Shown: piece by piece, positions 43,327 through 56,138 of the stretch
Layout: each line of letters begins with the position of its first letter
How positions within the stretch are numbered: the first letter of the stretch is position 1
Assembly (NCBI GenBank): GCA_951406725.2
Contig: OX597818.1
Coordinates: 76,012,001-76,076,000, forward strand
Direction: 5' to 3'
Length of the DNA: 64,000 bases
Source of the DNA: Octopus vulgaris
Taxonomy: Eukaryota
Notes under the pieces: model-generated
Databases searched by the model: none
Told to the model about the DNA's origin: nothing
The model's input: only the letters and a program-made list of their open reading frames with translations
Made by a program: the position numbers and the translations under genes

Positions 43327-43467
43327 GTATGTATATGTTATGCATATATGAGAGTATTGTAATTTCGCTTGAAGCATTGTGTATTGTTTGTAAGCAATAA
43401 TAATAAATAGTAATAATGTGTTTTGAATGGCACAACAATGCACTATAATAACTGTTATAATTTAATC

Positions 43468-43529
43468 ATCCCTAGTCTGATATAATATTTAGGAATATAA
43501 AAATTTCTTCTTCAGATATCCCTAGGGAT
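43468..43529 (-). ncRNA. Degenerate hammerhead motif
   Basis: Minus strand ATCCCTAG..AT-CTGAAGA-AGAAAT-TTTTAT-ATTCC-TAAA-TATTATA-TC-AGA-CTAGGGAT; G12 lost; distal stem I ATCCCTAG/CTAGGGAT. Confidence 0.4.
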
Positions 43530-43539
43530 TGATCAAGTC

Positions 43540-46500
43540 ACTGCTACAATCGATTTTCCAACGGCTTTTTTCTTCCCCCTTCTTCCTTCTTCCTTTTCTC
43601 TTTTTTCTTTCACCGGAAGTATAGCCACGCGCGGCCACGATCACCTCAAACAATTTACACAGCGACTGGTTTCGTCTTTCTGTTCTTTGGGTCTCAAAAA
43701 AAAAAAAAGCCCAATGCCTACGGAATCGCAAGTGCCGGAGGCAGGTCTGAAAAGCTGGAAGCTTCTAGTCCGCGACCACACATCGGCAGCGAATCTCAGA
43801 TCGTCACTCTCCTATGAATAGCTGTGATATTGGAGTTAGGCAGCTGGAGTCGTGACTGGGCTGGCATCTTTAGGATTACCGCAGCTCAGCCTCAAGGGGA
43901 ACCCCGTAGAAAAGGTAGGGTAAACATCGGACACGGCAACTCGATCTGGCCAGGATACCGTGACTGGCGGACCTCCCATTCAGCGGTCGGAACTCTACTT
44001 CTACTTCTACTCATCCATCATCGACTACTAAATCCTTTGTTTCACAACCTCTCACTATTGGGGCCTGGAACATCTGCACTCTCTAGGACAAGAGTGACAT
44101 TAATCATCCGGAACGACGTACAACCCTCGTCTACAAGGAACTTGCCTGCTTCAACATCGACGTGGCAGCCTTGAGTGAGACTCGGCTTCCCTGAGAAGGC
44201 AGCATCAGAGAAGCTGTCTCCAAATACACCATTTTTTGGAAGGGGAGGTATCCTAAAGAACTGCACATCCATGGAAAACGAAACTCGTGGATCAACACAG
44301 GCTCATCCCAACTGCTGCCAGCGAGCGCCTGATGACTATTCGGATCCCGCTCATTCGGGATAGATACCTTATGCTGATCTCTGTGTACGCCTCTACAATC
44401 ACATCTGAAGACGACGTCAAGGCTTCGTTCTAGAACCTGTTGGACCGCACCATCCAGACATTTCCCGCGCATGACAAACTCGTCGTGTTGGAGGGACTTT
44501 AACGGCAGAGTCGGCAGTGACCATTGTCTGTGGAACGGCATTCTTGGTCAGCACGGCATTGGAAAATGCAATACCAATGGCCAGCTTCTCCTGGGCCTTT
44601 GCACCGAGCACGAACTCGTCATCGCCAACCCCCTATTTCGTCTCCCTCCAGACAAAAGACAACCTGGAAACACCCACGGTCTAAACACTGGCACATCCTC
44701 GACTACGTTCTGACAACATCCAAGGAGGGACGAGATGTACGCATCACCCGCTCCTGCCTGGTGCAGATGACTGCTGGAGAGATCACCGCCTTCTTATTTT
44801 TCGCCTTGATATCAAAATCCGGGTCTCAACAAACATCCCTTGCCGACGTTTCGACTGCGTCAAACTCCGGAATTCACAGGCACCCCAAGACTTCAGGGAA
44901 TCCACTGAAAGACACCTGATGGACCTCTCAGATCCACCGAGGATTGCTGGACGAGCCCTCGGGAAGACATGACCGCTGCCGCCGAGGACACGATCGGCTT
45001 TGCTCGGAAGGGGAACCAAGACCGGTTTGACGAGAATGATGAAACCATCTCCCGTCTTATCGAAGCAAAACTCCGGACGCGCCTCATCCTCGAGAACCAT
45101 GCCACTGCGCAGAAAAAACGAAAACACCAGCAAGCATCAGCGGAATATCGACGAGGAATTAGAGAAGCTCAGAACATCTGGTGGCAGAGGAAAGCAGAGG
45201 AGATGCAAAACTATGCGGACCAACGTGACTTGCGCCGCTTTTATACCGCAACTAAGGAGATCTTCGGCACCACAAGGTCGTCAGTGGGTGGCCTGAAGGG
45301 CGCAGCTGGCTCTACAATAACTGGCACCCAGGGAATCCTCGATCGTTGGAAGTCCTATTTCGAGAGCCTATTTAACGACCACTCACGCACTCCTGACAAT
45401 CTCTTCCAAAACAACTCACAGCTCCCCATCTGATGTCCATTAGACGTCCTTGCCGCCCTCGCTCCAAGAGTTCAACAAGGCATTCGAGCGCATGAAACCG
45501 AGAAAAGCTTCAGAACCAGACAATATCCCGTTTGCGGTTCTCACACACGGAGGTCCTGAGCTGAGAAATCATCTGACGTGCCTTATCCTCAAGATCTGGG
45601 AAAGCAAGACCCTCCCAAACGACTTCTGCGATGCAACTATCATCACCATCTTCAAGAAGGGAGACCCAGAGGATTGCAACAACTAGCGGGGCATCTCACT
45701 CCTGAGTATTGCAAGCAAGGTCTTCGCCCGTACCCTACTCAATCGCTACATCATCCTCACGGAAGACGTCCTCCCTGAGTTCCAGTGTGGTTTTCGAGCC
45801 TTTAGAAGCACAAGCGATATGATCTTTTGTGCCCGTAAACTCCAGGAAAAGTGTCAAGAACATCAACAGCATGCAATGTTCATCATATGGGATCTAAAGA
45901 AAGCCTTTGACAAGGTCCCCGTCCTGTAATGTGGGCCATCTTTGCACGGTTTGGATGTCCGGAGGACTTTATTGTCTTGGTTCTCTCCCTTCACGACGGT
46001 ATGGTGAGCAGGGTATGTCATCAAAATGCCCTCACAGATCCGTTTCCCATCACTGGGGTCTTAAGTAAGGGTGCATTTTGGCACTAACCTATTTCTCTTT
46101 GTATATGGCTGCCATGTTCAACGAAATCCCACTAGATTCACCTTCCATCAACATACGCTATCGTTTGGAAGGCAGACTCTTCAATCTCACATGTCTCCGC
46201 GCAAAGACGAAGACCTCCGCCATCTCAGTTCGTGAGATGTAGTATGCCGACGACAATGCCACCTCGAGCCGGACCGCTGTTGGCCTACAAAAGACGGCCG
46301 AACTTTACAACGCGGCTTACGAAAGGTTCGGGATGCAGGTGAGCACATTAAAGACGAAGACACTGATCCAAACTGCACCAGGCCATAACAATCCACTCAC
46401 AAACATTAGCATCAACGGCCAAGCCCTAGAAGAAGTTAAACACTTCTCATACCTTGGGAGTATCCTTTCGAAGACTCCCACGTGTGAAAAGGACGTGGAG

Positions 46501-47230
46501 AACAGGATCAGAGCGGCCCACTCCGCCTTGGGTAGAGCCAGCCAACGTGTTTTCTTCAATCACGCGCCGGCCATCCGGACAAAGATTATGGTCTTCCGTG
46601 CCATTGTCCTGTCAACTCCTCTCTACGCTTGTGAGACTTGGACGCAGTACCGCCGCGATTTCAAGCGCGTTTAATGCTTCCAGCAATCCAAGCCACGATA
46701 GATCCTCAATATACGATGGGAAGATCACAATACCAACAATGAGGTTCTTCGCCGCGCCTCACTACCATGCGTCGAAGCCACCATTCTTTGCCATCGTCTC
46801 CGCTGGGTATGTCTCGCCCAGCGTATGGAGCCCTCTCGTCTCCCGAGGATCAAGCCCTACGGAGAACTTGCAATCAGAACAAGACTCAGAATAGGTCCGA
46901 AATTCCGTTTTAAAGATCAGGCCAAACGGACTCTGGCTCAAACTAACATCCAACCATCCTCATGGGAACAAATTGTCATGGATAGGACAGTCTGGAGGAC
47001 TGTTGTCCGCAATGGAGCCAGCTCCTTCGAGTAGAACAGACAACAGAATGAGGAGGTAAAACGCAGGATAAGAAAGGAGCGTCTTCAACATCCTCGACCC
47101 ACACCGACCATTCTGTGCGATTCCTGCTCACGACTCTCTGACTACCAACACCACAGTCATATTCGGCCCAAGCATCAGCCAAGGAGACTGGATAGAAACT
47201 GACGAACCCAATGCTCGTATACGACGACGA

Positions 47231-47232
<2 letters not shown>
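43540..47232 (+). pseudogene. Near full-length RTE-clade LINE (5' UTR, APE endonuclease, RT) with stops and frameshifts
   Basis: [25 protein letters not shown]; [18 protein letters not shown]; KKGDPEDCNN*RGISLL; DLKKAFD; YADD at ~46243; FSYLGS; LYACETW; (GAC)n tail into (TA)n. Confidence 0.9.
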
Positions 47233-47275
<43 letters not shown>

Positions 47276-47925
47276 CACACATACACACACACACACACAC
47301 ACACAGACATACATACACACATACATACACACATACATACGCACATACATACACACACACTCACACACACACACCGCACGTACATACTTCACACACACAC
47401 ACATGCACACATACATGTAGGCACACACATACATACATACCCACACATGCACACCCTTACACTGAATGCACACACACATACACCTTTTTGCATCCAGGCA
47501 GCTCCCCCTCTTTTCTGCTTTCCGGTTTTGGCTGATGGATCCTCGGTTCCCGCGTAGCGGGGCGTTCGAGGGCCTTTGCGCTCGCGCGCCTTGGCGCGCG
47601 CTGGGGGCTTGGTCGGCCCCTTGGGCTTGCGTTGTACTGCTTGCGCGCTGTGTGCGTGAGCGCGCTTCGTGTGTGTGGGCTTGCTTCGGATGTGCGCGTG
47701 CGTATGTATGCATACATACCCACACACTCGCATGCATCCCTACCCACATACATACACGCACACCTACTCACACACACACATACACACACACACACACATA
47801 CCCGCACACACACACATACATACATACATACACACACATACCTACTTCAGACATACACACACACAGACATACACCCATACACTCACACTCACACGCATAC
47901 ACACACACACATACACACGCACACG

Positions 47926-47964
<39 letters not shown>

Positions 47965-48093
47965 ACACCCATACTACATACATCTACACACACACGCCTA
48001 CACACATACATACACACATACATAAACACACACACATACACATACACACACATACGCACACACACATATACTTATACACATGCACACACACAC

Positions 48094-48126
<33 letters not shown>

Positions 48127-49960
48127 TACATACACACACACATACCTACATACTCCTATACGCACATACATACACACAGACATACACACATACACACTCA
48201 CACAAACATACACACACACATACTTACACACACACTCACCTGCACGCGCACACACATGCATGACAAACACCCATACACTCACACTCACATACGCACACAC
48301 CAACATAAACACGCACACGCACACACACACCTACACTCCCACACACATACACACGCACCTACATACACACACGCACGCATACACACGCACACACACGCAT
48401 ACACACATACATTACACACGTACACACACACCTACATACACATGCATACACACACACACACAAACATGCACGGACACACCCAGACATACATACATACACC
48501 TATATACACACGCCCACACACCTACATACACACACATACATACACACACATACACGGACACACCCATACATACTTACATACATACACCTATACACACACG
48601 CCTACACACCTACATACACACACATGCATACACACACACACACATGTACGCACATACACACACATATACGCACATACATATATACCCACACACATGCACA
48701 CACACACACATACGCACATGCATGTATGCATGCACACGCGCACACCTACACGCATATACACACACACACGCACGTACACATACATACATACACACACACA
48801 TACATACACCCATACACATACATGCATCCTACACACACATACATACACACTCACACATACATACACACACACACACTCACTCACACACCTGTATGTACGC
48901 GCACACACATGCACATACACACACTTCCACACACCCACACGTACATACATACACACTCATACACATACACACACACACACACGGACATACATCTATGCAC
49001 ACACATATATACACACATACTCACATACATTTCATCGGACACACTGACACCCAGACATACACACAGACACACTCACACATCCACACACATACACACTTAC
49101 GCGCATACTCGCAGGCGCGCGCACACACGCGCTTGCGCCGGTTCGCGCACGCATACGCGCCGCATGCACCTCGCTCTTGGACCCGACGAGACCTCCCGCT
49201 CGTTCCTGGGACCGTCGCTTGTCGTTGGGTTTTCTCACGCCCGTCTCCGCGGGACCACTCTTCCATCTTCCCCTCAGCTGGAGTCCTTTTTCCTTAACCC
49301 CCCTTTTTTGTTACACACACGCGCACACATATACACACATTGCTTAAATATATACATTACTCTTACACACATTCAATCTACTCGCCCTTAATACTACCAC
49401 GACACTGGACACACACACACACTACTACTCAACACACGCTGGCACGCTACATACGCCCCCACCCCTTCCCCTCCCTCCCTTCCTCCTTCCTTCTTTTTCT
49501 TACTACTGACCAGTGTCTGCTATGCCTACCACTGTCTCACCCTACCTCACACGCCTACACACAGACGCACACACTAACACATACATATATTTTTTGTTTT
49601 TTTATCTCGCCTCACACACACACATACACACACGCACACGCACACACTCACACATACACACACATCTGTTGCGTTACCAACCTTGTCTCCACTCTTTTGC
49701 CTTTAAAAACCTACTTTGCTCTTGTTATCGTAAACTTCCGCCTTTCACCATGTGTAACTCGTAAACACCAGTCGTTTTTTTTTCTCTATCCCTGTTGCCC
49801 GCTTTGGGATCTTTCTTTCCTCTCTCTTCCTTCTTTATGTTTCCGACGAAGAGCTCCGCTCGAAACGTCATACCCTCCTGCTTCCATTTCCTGAGCGCCT
49901 ATTAATAATAATACTGTAATTGTTCCATTGTTGTTGTTTTTTTGTTTTCCCGTTTGGATT

Positions 49961-49970
<10 letters not shown>
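47233..49970 (+). repeat. Long degenerate CA/CATA microsatellite with two GC-rich islands, ending in a PLE-type hammerhead tail
   Basis: Direct reading; islands at ~47490-47705 and ~49100-49270; 49780-49970 is homologous to 10340-10520. Confidence 0.75.
49838..49873 (+). ncRNA. Minimal hammerhead motif (CCGACGA core variant)
   Basis: TTT-CCGACGA-A-GAGC-TCC-GCTC-GAAA-CG-TC-ATA; stems II and III identical to 10383; stem I imperfect. Confidence 0.6.
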
Positions 49971-50009
<39 letters not shown>

Positions 50010-50014
<5 letters not shown>

Positions 50015-50350
50015 CAATTAAAAAGGGGAATGACTACTAAAGTGGATTCATACACGCTAGAGATAGACGTCAAATCGCCTTACCACAAAGAGTGTGTTCT
50101 CAAGAAAAAAACCTAGCAAGCGCCAAAATGTCAAAAATAAGCAAAGCAAATTAAAATTTACAAAATAAAACGATTACCTACGATCTGACGTCTATCTCTA
50201 GCGTATAGGGATCCACTTTAGTGGTCATTCCTCTTATTGATTGTAATATAATTTTAAATCTTCGGATTTTTTTAATATGCTAGACCACTGGTTTACATTG
50301 ATGTTAATTAATTGATACCAATTTCTACCCTCATTATTTAATTTATATAT
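50010..50350 (+). mobile_element. PLE-like remnant with inverted 5' duplication
   Basis: 50010-50077 is inverted at 50181-50249; 50082-50208 is directly repeated at 51037-51164. Confidence 0.6.
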
Positions 50351-50359
50351 ATATATCAC

Positions 50360-50885
50360 CTTGATCACCTTGACCGACCAGTCCGTCGGGCGTCCATTTG
50401 ACACCGCTGGTCACAGCACGCTGTCCACTCCTCTCTGGATCGCGCCTTTCTCATCCACGTGATCCCAATCGTCCTCCTGAAATCGTAACTCCACCATCGT
50501 GGAGGCCTTCGGGTGGTCGTTTCCGCTCGCGCGGGTACCACTCGACAACTGCGCGGGTCCACTGATTATCGGTGAGCCGGGCGACGTGTCCAGCCCATCT
50601 AAACTTGCTGCGTGTATACTCTGCGATGACATCCCTCACGCCGGACTTCTTTCTGATGATCTCGCTACTGATGTGCTCTGTCAACGAGATAGCAAGCATT
50701 GACCTTTCCATGGCTCTTTGAGCCGTTACCAATCTCTGCTCTTCTCTCTTTGTGGTAGCCCATATTTCACTACCATATAACATTGCAGGTAGAACTGTAC
50801 TGTTGATGAGGTTGGCGCGGGTGGTCCTGTCCAACCTTCCCTTGAGCACATCCCTTATGCTATTAAACGCATTCCATCTGGCCCT
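50360..50885 (-). mobile_element. RTE LINE 3' fragment in (TA)n
   Basis: ORF 50451-50849 VLPAMLYGSEIW..KFRWAGHVARLTDNQWT..WYPRERKRP; (CAAGGTGAT)2 tail. Confidence 0.9.
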
Positions 50886-50887
50886 TA

Positions 50888-50923
<36 letters not shown>

Positions 50924-50937
50924 TATATATATATAAA

Positions 50938-51519
50938 TAAAATATATACATACAATATTAGATATGTACATATATACACAAAGGTACTATATGAGTACCT
51001 ATATGGCTAATGATAGAAGTCGAAAAATACTTCTGTACCACAAAGAGTGTGTTCTCAAGAAAAAAACCTAGCAAACGCCAAAATGTAAAAAATAAGCAAG
51101 GCAAATTAAAATTTACAAAATTAGACGATTACCTACGATTTGACGTCTATCTCTAGCGTATAGGAGAATGTTAGTAGTTATTTAGCTGGCGGACTTCGGC
51201 TGATGAGAAATCACGCACCTGGGTGACGCTAAATTTCGAAACCGGTACCGAGTTGACTAGCATTTACTTGTTCTGACCCATTTGAGGTAAGACATTATTA
51301 TTGTTCACTGATATTTTTCCTATCTTGTCTGTAATGGATTTGTGACTATTCGGTGGTACAGAAGTATTTTTCGACTTCTATCATTAGCGATATAGGTACT
51401 CATATATATACCCTTGTGTATATATGTACATATCTAATATTATATGTATATATTTTATAAATTTGCTTGTACGGCTGATAATTCGCTTACCACTTGTGAT
51501 GGTATTTTAATAATACCAT

Positions 51520-51520
<1 letters not shown>
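50938..51520 (+). mobile_element. Penelope-like remnant with ~100-bp inverted repeats and a hammerhead
   Basis: 50938-51039 is inverted at ~51355-51458; encloses a short coding-like tail (YHKECVLKKK...DVYL*) and the hammerhead. Confidence 0.7.
51185..51261 (+). ncRNA. Type I hammerhead ribozyme with extended stem I
   Basis: GCTGGCGGACTTCGG-CTGATGA-GAAAT[21 nt]ATTTC-GAAA-CCGG-TA-CCGAGTTGACTAGC: full core, 5-bp stem II, palindromic stem III ACCGGT, GUA cleavage site at 51247. Confidence 0.85.
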
Positions 51521-51578
<58 letters not shown>

Positions 51579-52295
51579 TAGATAGATACACACACACACA
51601 AACACATATATGAAACGATTGTAAACATGAAATTCTCTAATAATCTAGAAAGGCAATGTTATTACATTCTATCTCCTTCTGAGTATTGGTTTGCACTCAA
51701 ATAACCTTACATACTTAAATACATTCTCCACTTTAACGGATAAATTAATTTAGACATCAGGCAGACTCTATTGCTATTGTCTTCTCACAGACTTTACTTT
51801 ACCAACATCTGATAACAACATCAATTCTCAAGAGTATGAGCCTGCTATAGGGTAATGAATAACAGGAGAAAAATCTGATATGTCCACTTTTAACTGCCCG
51901 CTTCCGTTAGTTCTGATTGTATATATCTTCAGAAAAAGGTAACAAAAGACAATAAAATAAGAAAGAAAAAAAGAACAAACATCTAACAAATATTTTAAAG
52001 GCTCTGCAGAGAATGGTTCGAGCGACGCCTGTGCCATAAATTGGTTGATTAATTCATCAATTAATGGATCGATTAAGAATGCATATCTCAATGTATAATT
52101 GATGCAGTTTACTGAATGAACTGAAATATATATAAGCGATAAAGTATCGTATAAATGTAATTCTTCATTCTTTACTTCATTTCTGATATAATCTGTGATT
52201 AATTCACCAAATTACGTATTAAGTACAGTTTGCACTTGTTACACGGTATAAATAAATATATGGATTGCAATAATCTTGATTATAGCAATCAGTAT

Positions 52296-54364
52296 ATGGA
52301 TTATGCCTGGGGATGTGGCTTTAAAAGAATACCTGGCATGTATTCTCTACGTGTCGTAAAAGGCGACTGAAAGGGGAACCACAGTAGCAAAAAGGTGGCC
52401 TCAACGGGATCATTAAAAACGGTATATTTCCATAGTCGTTGCTGTGGTAGGGTGAGCTCAGGCTGCCTTTAAATAGGCCTGCATCGGGCAGCAGCGGTGC
52501 AGCACAAGTGTTTCGGTGGATGATCCTTGAGTGATGGACAACGGCAGATCTCCTCAGTCATCCAGATCTTCATTAAGTGGCGGGCGTTGTGAGAACCTTA
52601 GATGTAGCCGTCACTCTGCAGTGAAGAATGTAACGGGAAACCACTTCACTACTTTACAATTCCAAAGAACAATAATGGGTAGTCGTAATTCAATGCTGGA
52701 AGGTATCAGCGTAAAGGGGGCTTGTTTATCTAATAAGGATTGCTCCTCGCCCAGATACAGAAGTATCATAAAAGTTGGAACCTGGAATGTGAGAACTTTA
52801 TATCATAGTGGCAAGCTTGAAAATGCTAAGCAACACCCTGAAAATGCCATTAACATCCTGGCATAATGAAACAAGGTGGCCGAATAATGGCGACTTCATC
52901 ATTGGTGATTTCAAGAGGACTTATACAGGTGGTAACAAACATGAGAAAGGAGTAAGACTATTGTTAGATCCTGATATGGCAAAATGTGTCCTTCATCACT
53001 GAACAGTAAGTGAAAGAATTTTGCTGGTCAAACTGCATGGACGTCCATTTAACATCTCCATCACAATTATTTATGCACCCACAGCAGATAGCAGAGAAGA
53101 GAAGACTGATGATGAGACTGATGAAACCTTGAGGGAAGCCAAATATCAATGCAAGTCCGATAAAACTAATATCCTCATGGGAAATCTGAATGCGAAGGTG
53201 GTCGTGGACAGGATGGCAAAGCAGTTGGTTAGTATGTAATTGGCGAGAAAAATGAGTGAAGAGAGAGATGAATACGGTGATGTGAGACAAAGAATATTAT
53301 TATTACGAACTCATGGCTTAAACACCCTAGAAAAATTTACACATGTAAGGACCCTCGTGACATCTTCAAAAATCAGATTGATTATATCTCCATGAATGAC
53401 ATATTTAAAAGACCAGTAATATATGCAAAAACATATCCAGGAGCAGACTGTAAAAGCAATCATGTAACAGTGGTATACACACAATGTAAATTAAAGAATT
53501 TGAAGAGAGAGAAAACTACGGAGAAACTGGATATTAAGCGGCTGAATAAATCAGTGTTGCAGTTGGGGTATTCCAACAATGTAGGGAACAGATTTAAGCA
53601 GTTGACTGATAATGAAGAGGAGATTACCTGGGAAATAATGAGAAACACCTTAGTAGAAACAGCCCAGGAAATCTTGCCAAAGGAAAATAGAAAAAAATAA
53701 ATAAGAGATGGATGACTGAGGAGATCATTTCAATGATGAGTAAGCGATAGAAGATCAGGACAGGAAATCCAAAGAATATAAGGAGCTAGATTGACTGATT
53801 GAAACATCACAGAAGATGCAAGAGACGAATAGTGCTGGCAAAATCTGCATTCCCCAAATTGTATAATATCCTGAGAAATTGTATTCTGAGCATCAAGACC
53901 AAGATCCGTATATTGAACTGCTGTGTCTACTTTGTGTTAATGTATGGAAGTAAGTTATGGATTATAACATAAGAAATGAGAAAGTGCTTGGAGTGCAGTT
54001 AAATGTGGTTTTTAAGGAGAATATTGAGGATAGTATGGACAAAGTGTCTAATGAAGAACTCATCACTAGGGTTGCGCCAAATAGGTAACTGCATCGTAAT
54101 ATAACGACTAAGCAACTGAGATTTCTTGGACATTTGATGAGGAAAGATGACCTGGAGAATTTAGCGCTTACAGACAGATTGAATGGAAAAGATGCAGAGG
54201 AAGGACAAGGAGGATATGGATGTCAGGCTTGATAAACTGTTTGGAAGGAAGATGCATTAAACATCAGGAAGTGCAACTATTACAAAAAACAAAGAACAGA
54301 GAATTGTGGCAGGACACAATCGCATATTTCCTACAATCTGGACATGGCACCTAAAGAAGAAGAA
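52296..54364 (+). pseudogene. Internally deleted RTE LINE (5' UTR, APE, C-terminus; RT core missing)
   Basis: IKVGTWNVRTLY; IYAPTAD; MGNLNAKV; NQIDYI; TYPGADCKSNH; later LRFLGHLMRKDDLE; (GAA)n tail. Confidence 0.85.
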
Positions 54365-54901
54365 CCTGTTAGCTAGGTTTATTACACGGAGTGCTTACCG
54401 AGATATTCACTTAAACTTATTCAATCCGTTATCCCTATTTTCCGTCATTTTATACTTACATACACTCACGAATACACCTCCCCATACACAAATGGTGCAT
54501 TTGTGAGGTTTATTTCGTTGCACCTTGCATATTATTCAATAAAATTGTCCCAGTATGATTAAATTTGCAAGCTCAACTATGTGACGATCACAAGCAACTT
54601 CAGACATCATACAAAATCATTTCGTTTTCCACCTGTAACTCCTTCCTTCATCTTCGTCGTCACCCTCCCTTAAATCATTTTCATCTGACATTGTGAACTC
54701 CACCATCAGGTAAGACAAGTAGCAGGAAGATAACAGAGAAAATAATGAAGCTGAAGGAAGTGGGTGTTTCTTACGGTGAAGTTTTGTTTCATCATTCACC
54801 GTCTTCATCGTTGCCTCTTCTCGTTCCTCTTACAGTGTCTGACGTAACTGTCCGTGTCAGCGTCCTCGTGGTTATCATCATCATCATCTTATATATATAT
54901 A

Positions 54902-54965
<64 letters not shown>

Positions 54966-55004
54966 TATTTTGTAATATAACATTATATAAGTACATACAT
55001 ATAT

Positions 55005-55056
<52 letters not shown>

Positions 55057-55223
55057 TTATTACGTAATATAACATACTATATACACATACATAAATACAT
55101 ACATACAATCATACGTATATATATATAATATATAAAGATAGATATATGTACGTATACATGTTTGTATATATATATGTATGTATATGTATATAGTATGTAT
55201 ATGTATGTATATATGTATGCGTG

Positions 55224-55263
<40 letters not shown>

Positions 55264-56138
55264 TCTATTTAAGCATGCGTACACCCACATTCTTTACTTA
55301 CCTGTTATGTATATTTTTAATTCAATGTTTTTCTAAAACTGGTTTTTTAAGTCTGTAGCGATAAGACGACTATGTGTATCTTCAATAACACATACTAATT
55401 TTTTTACATTTTAAAACAGAATTACTCGTTTTACTGTCTAATGCTTGACGTATTTGTGTGTGTGTGCGTGCATGCATGTGCGCGCGTGTGTATAGAAGCA
55501 TACATACATACATACATACATACATACATACATACATACATACATACATACATACTTACATATATGCGTACTATACATGCACACTAAGATATATACTGAG
55601 ATGATCTCTTGTGTTTAATGATGCAGATTCAATTGTTAAATCAATCGAATTACCTGCTCTTGAATTAACGTGTTAGTGCCTGAGCATACCATAGACATGT
55701 GAACCCTTAACAATTCTCAGGCAGAATCACATATCTCTGCCAACTTTATCCAATATTTATAAAATTAATTAAACAACAATTAATCATAATCAATCCTTTC
55801 ATACTAAATCAAATAAAAAAACAATTTAAAAGATAAAAACCAACCTGGTTTTCACCGGTTTGAACTCAGATCATGTAAAATTTTAAAAATCGAACAGATT
55901 TACCTAATAAAGCCTCTACACCTTAAGGTCAATTTTAATCCAACATCAATCCTTTTGAATTATGGGTATTAGCCATGCAACGGGTCTCTATACAGTTTCC
56001 ATCAACCCAGTTTCACTCCCAAGGTCCAAATCAATTCAAAGATGCAGAAAATGGTATTTGGCCAAGATGCTATGCACTGGGAACGAACTTGGGAAATATC
56101 TGTTTGTCTCTCGTCTCTGTCTGTCTGTCTCTCTCTCT

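Noticed and set aside
47466-49391. Long His/Thr-rich ORFs (471, 405, 265 and 255 aa)
   Set aside because: Translations of CA/CATA microsatellite, which lacks stop codons; open in all frames.
54600-54715. Possible host exon ending CAG|GTAAGA near 54708
   Set aside because: All three frames from the nearest AG contain stops, and no partner exons or recognisable protein were found.
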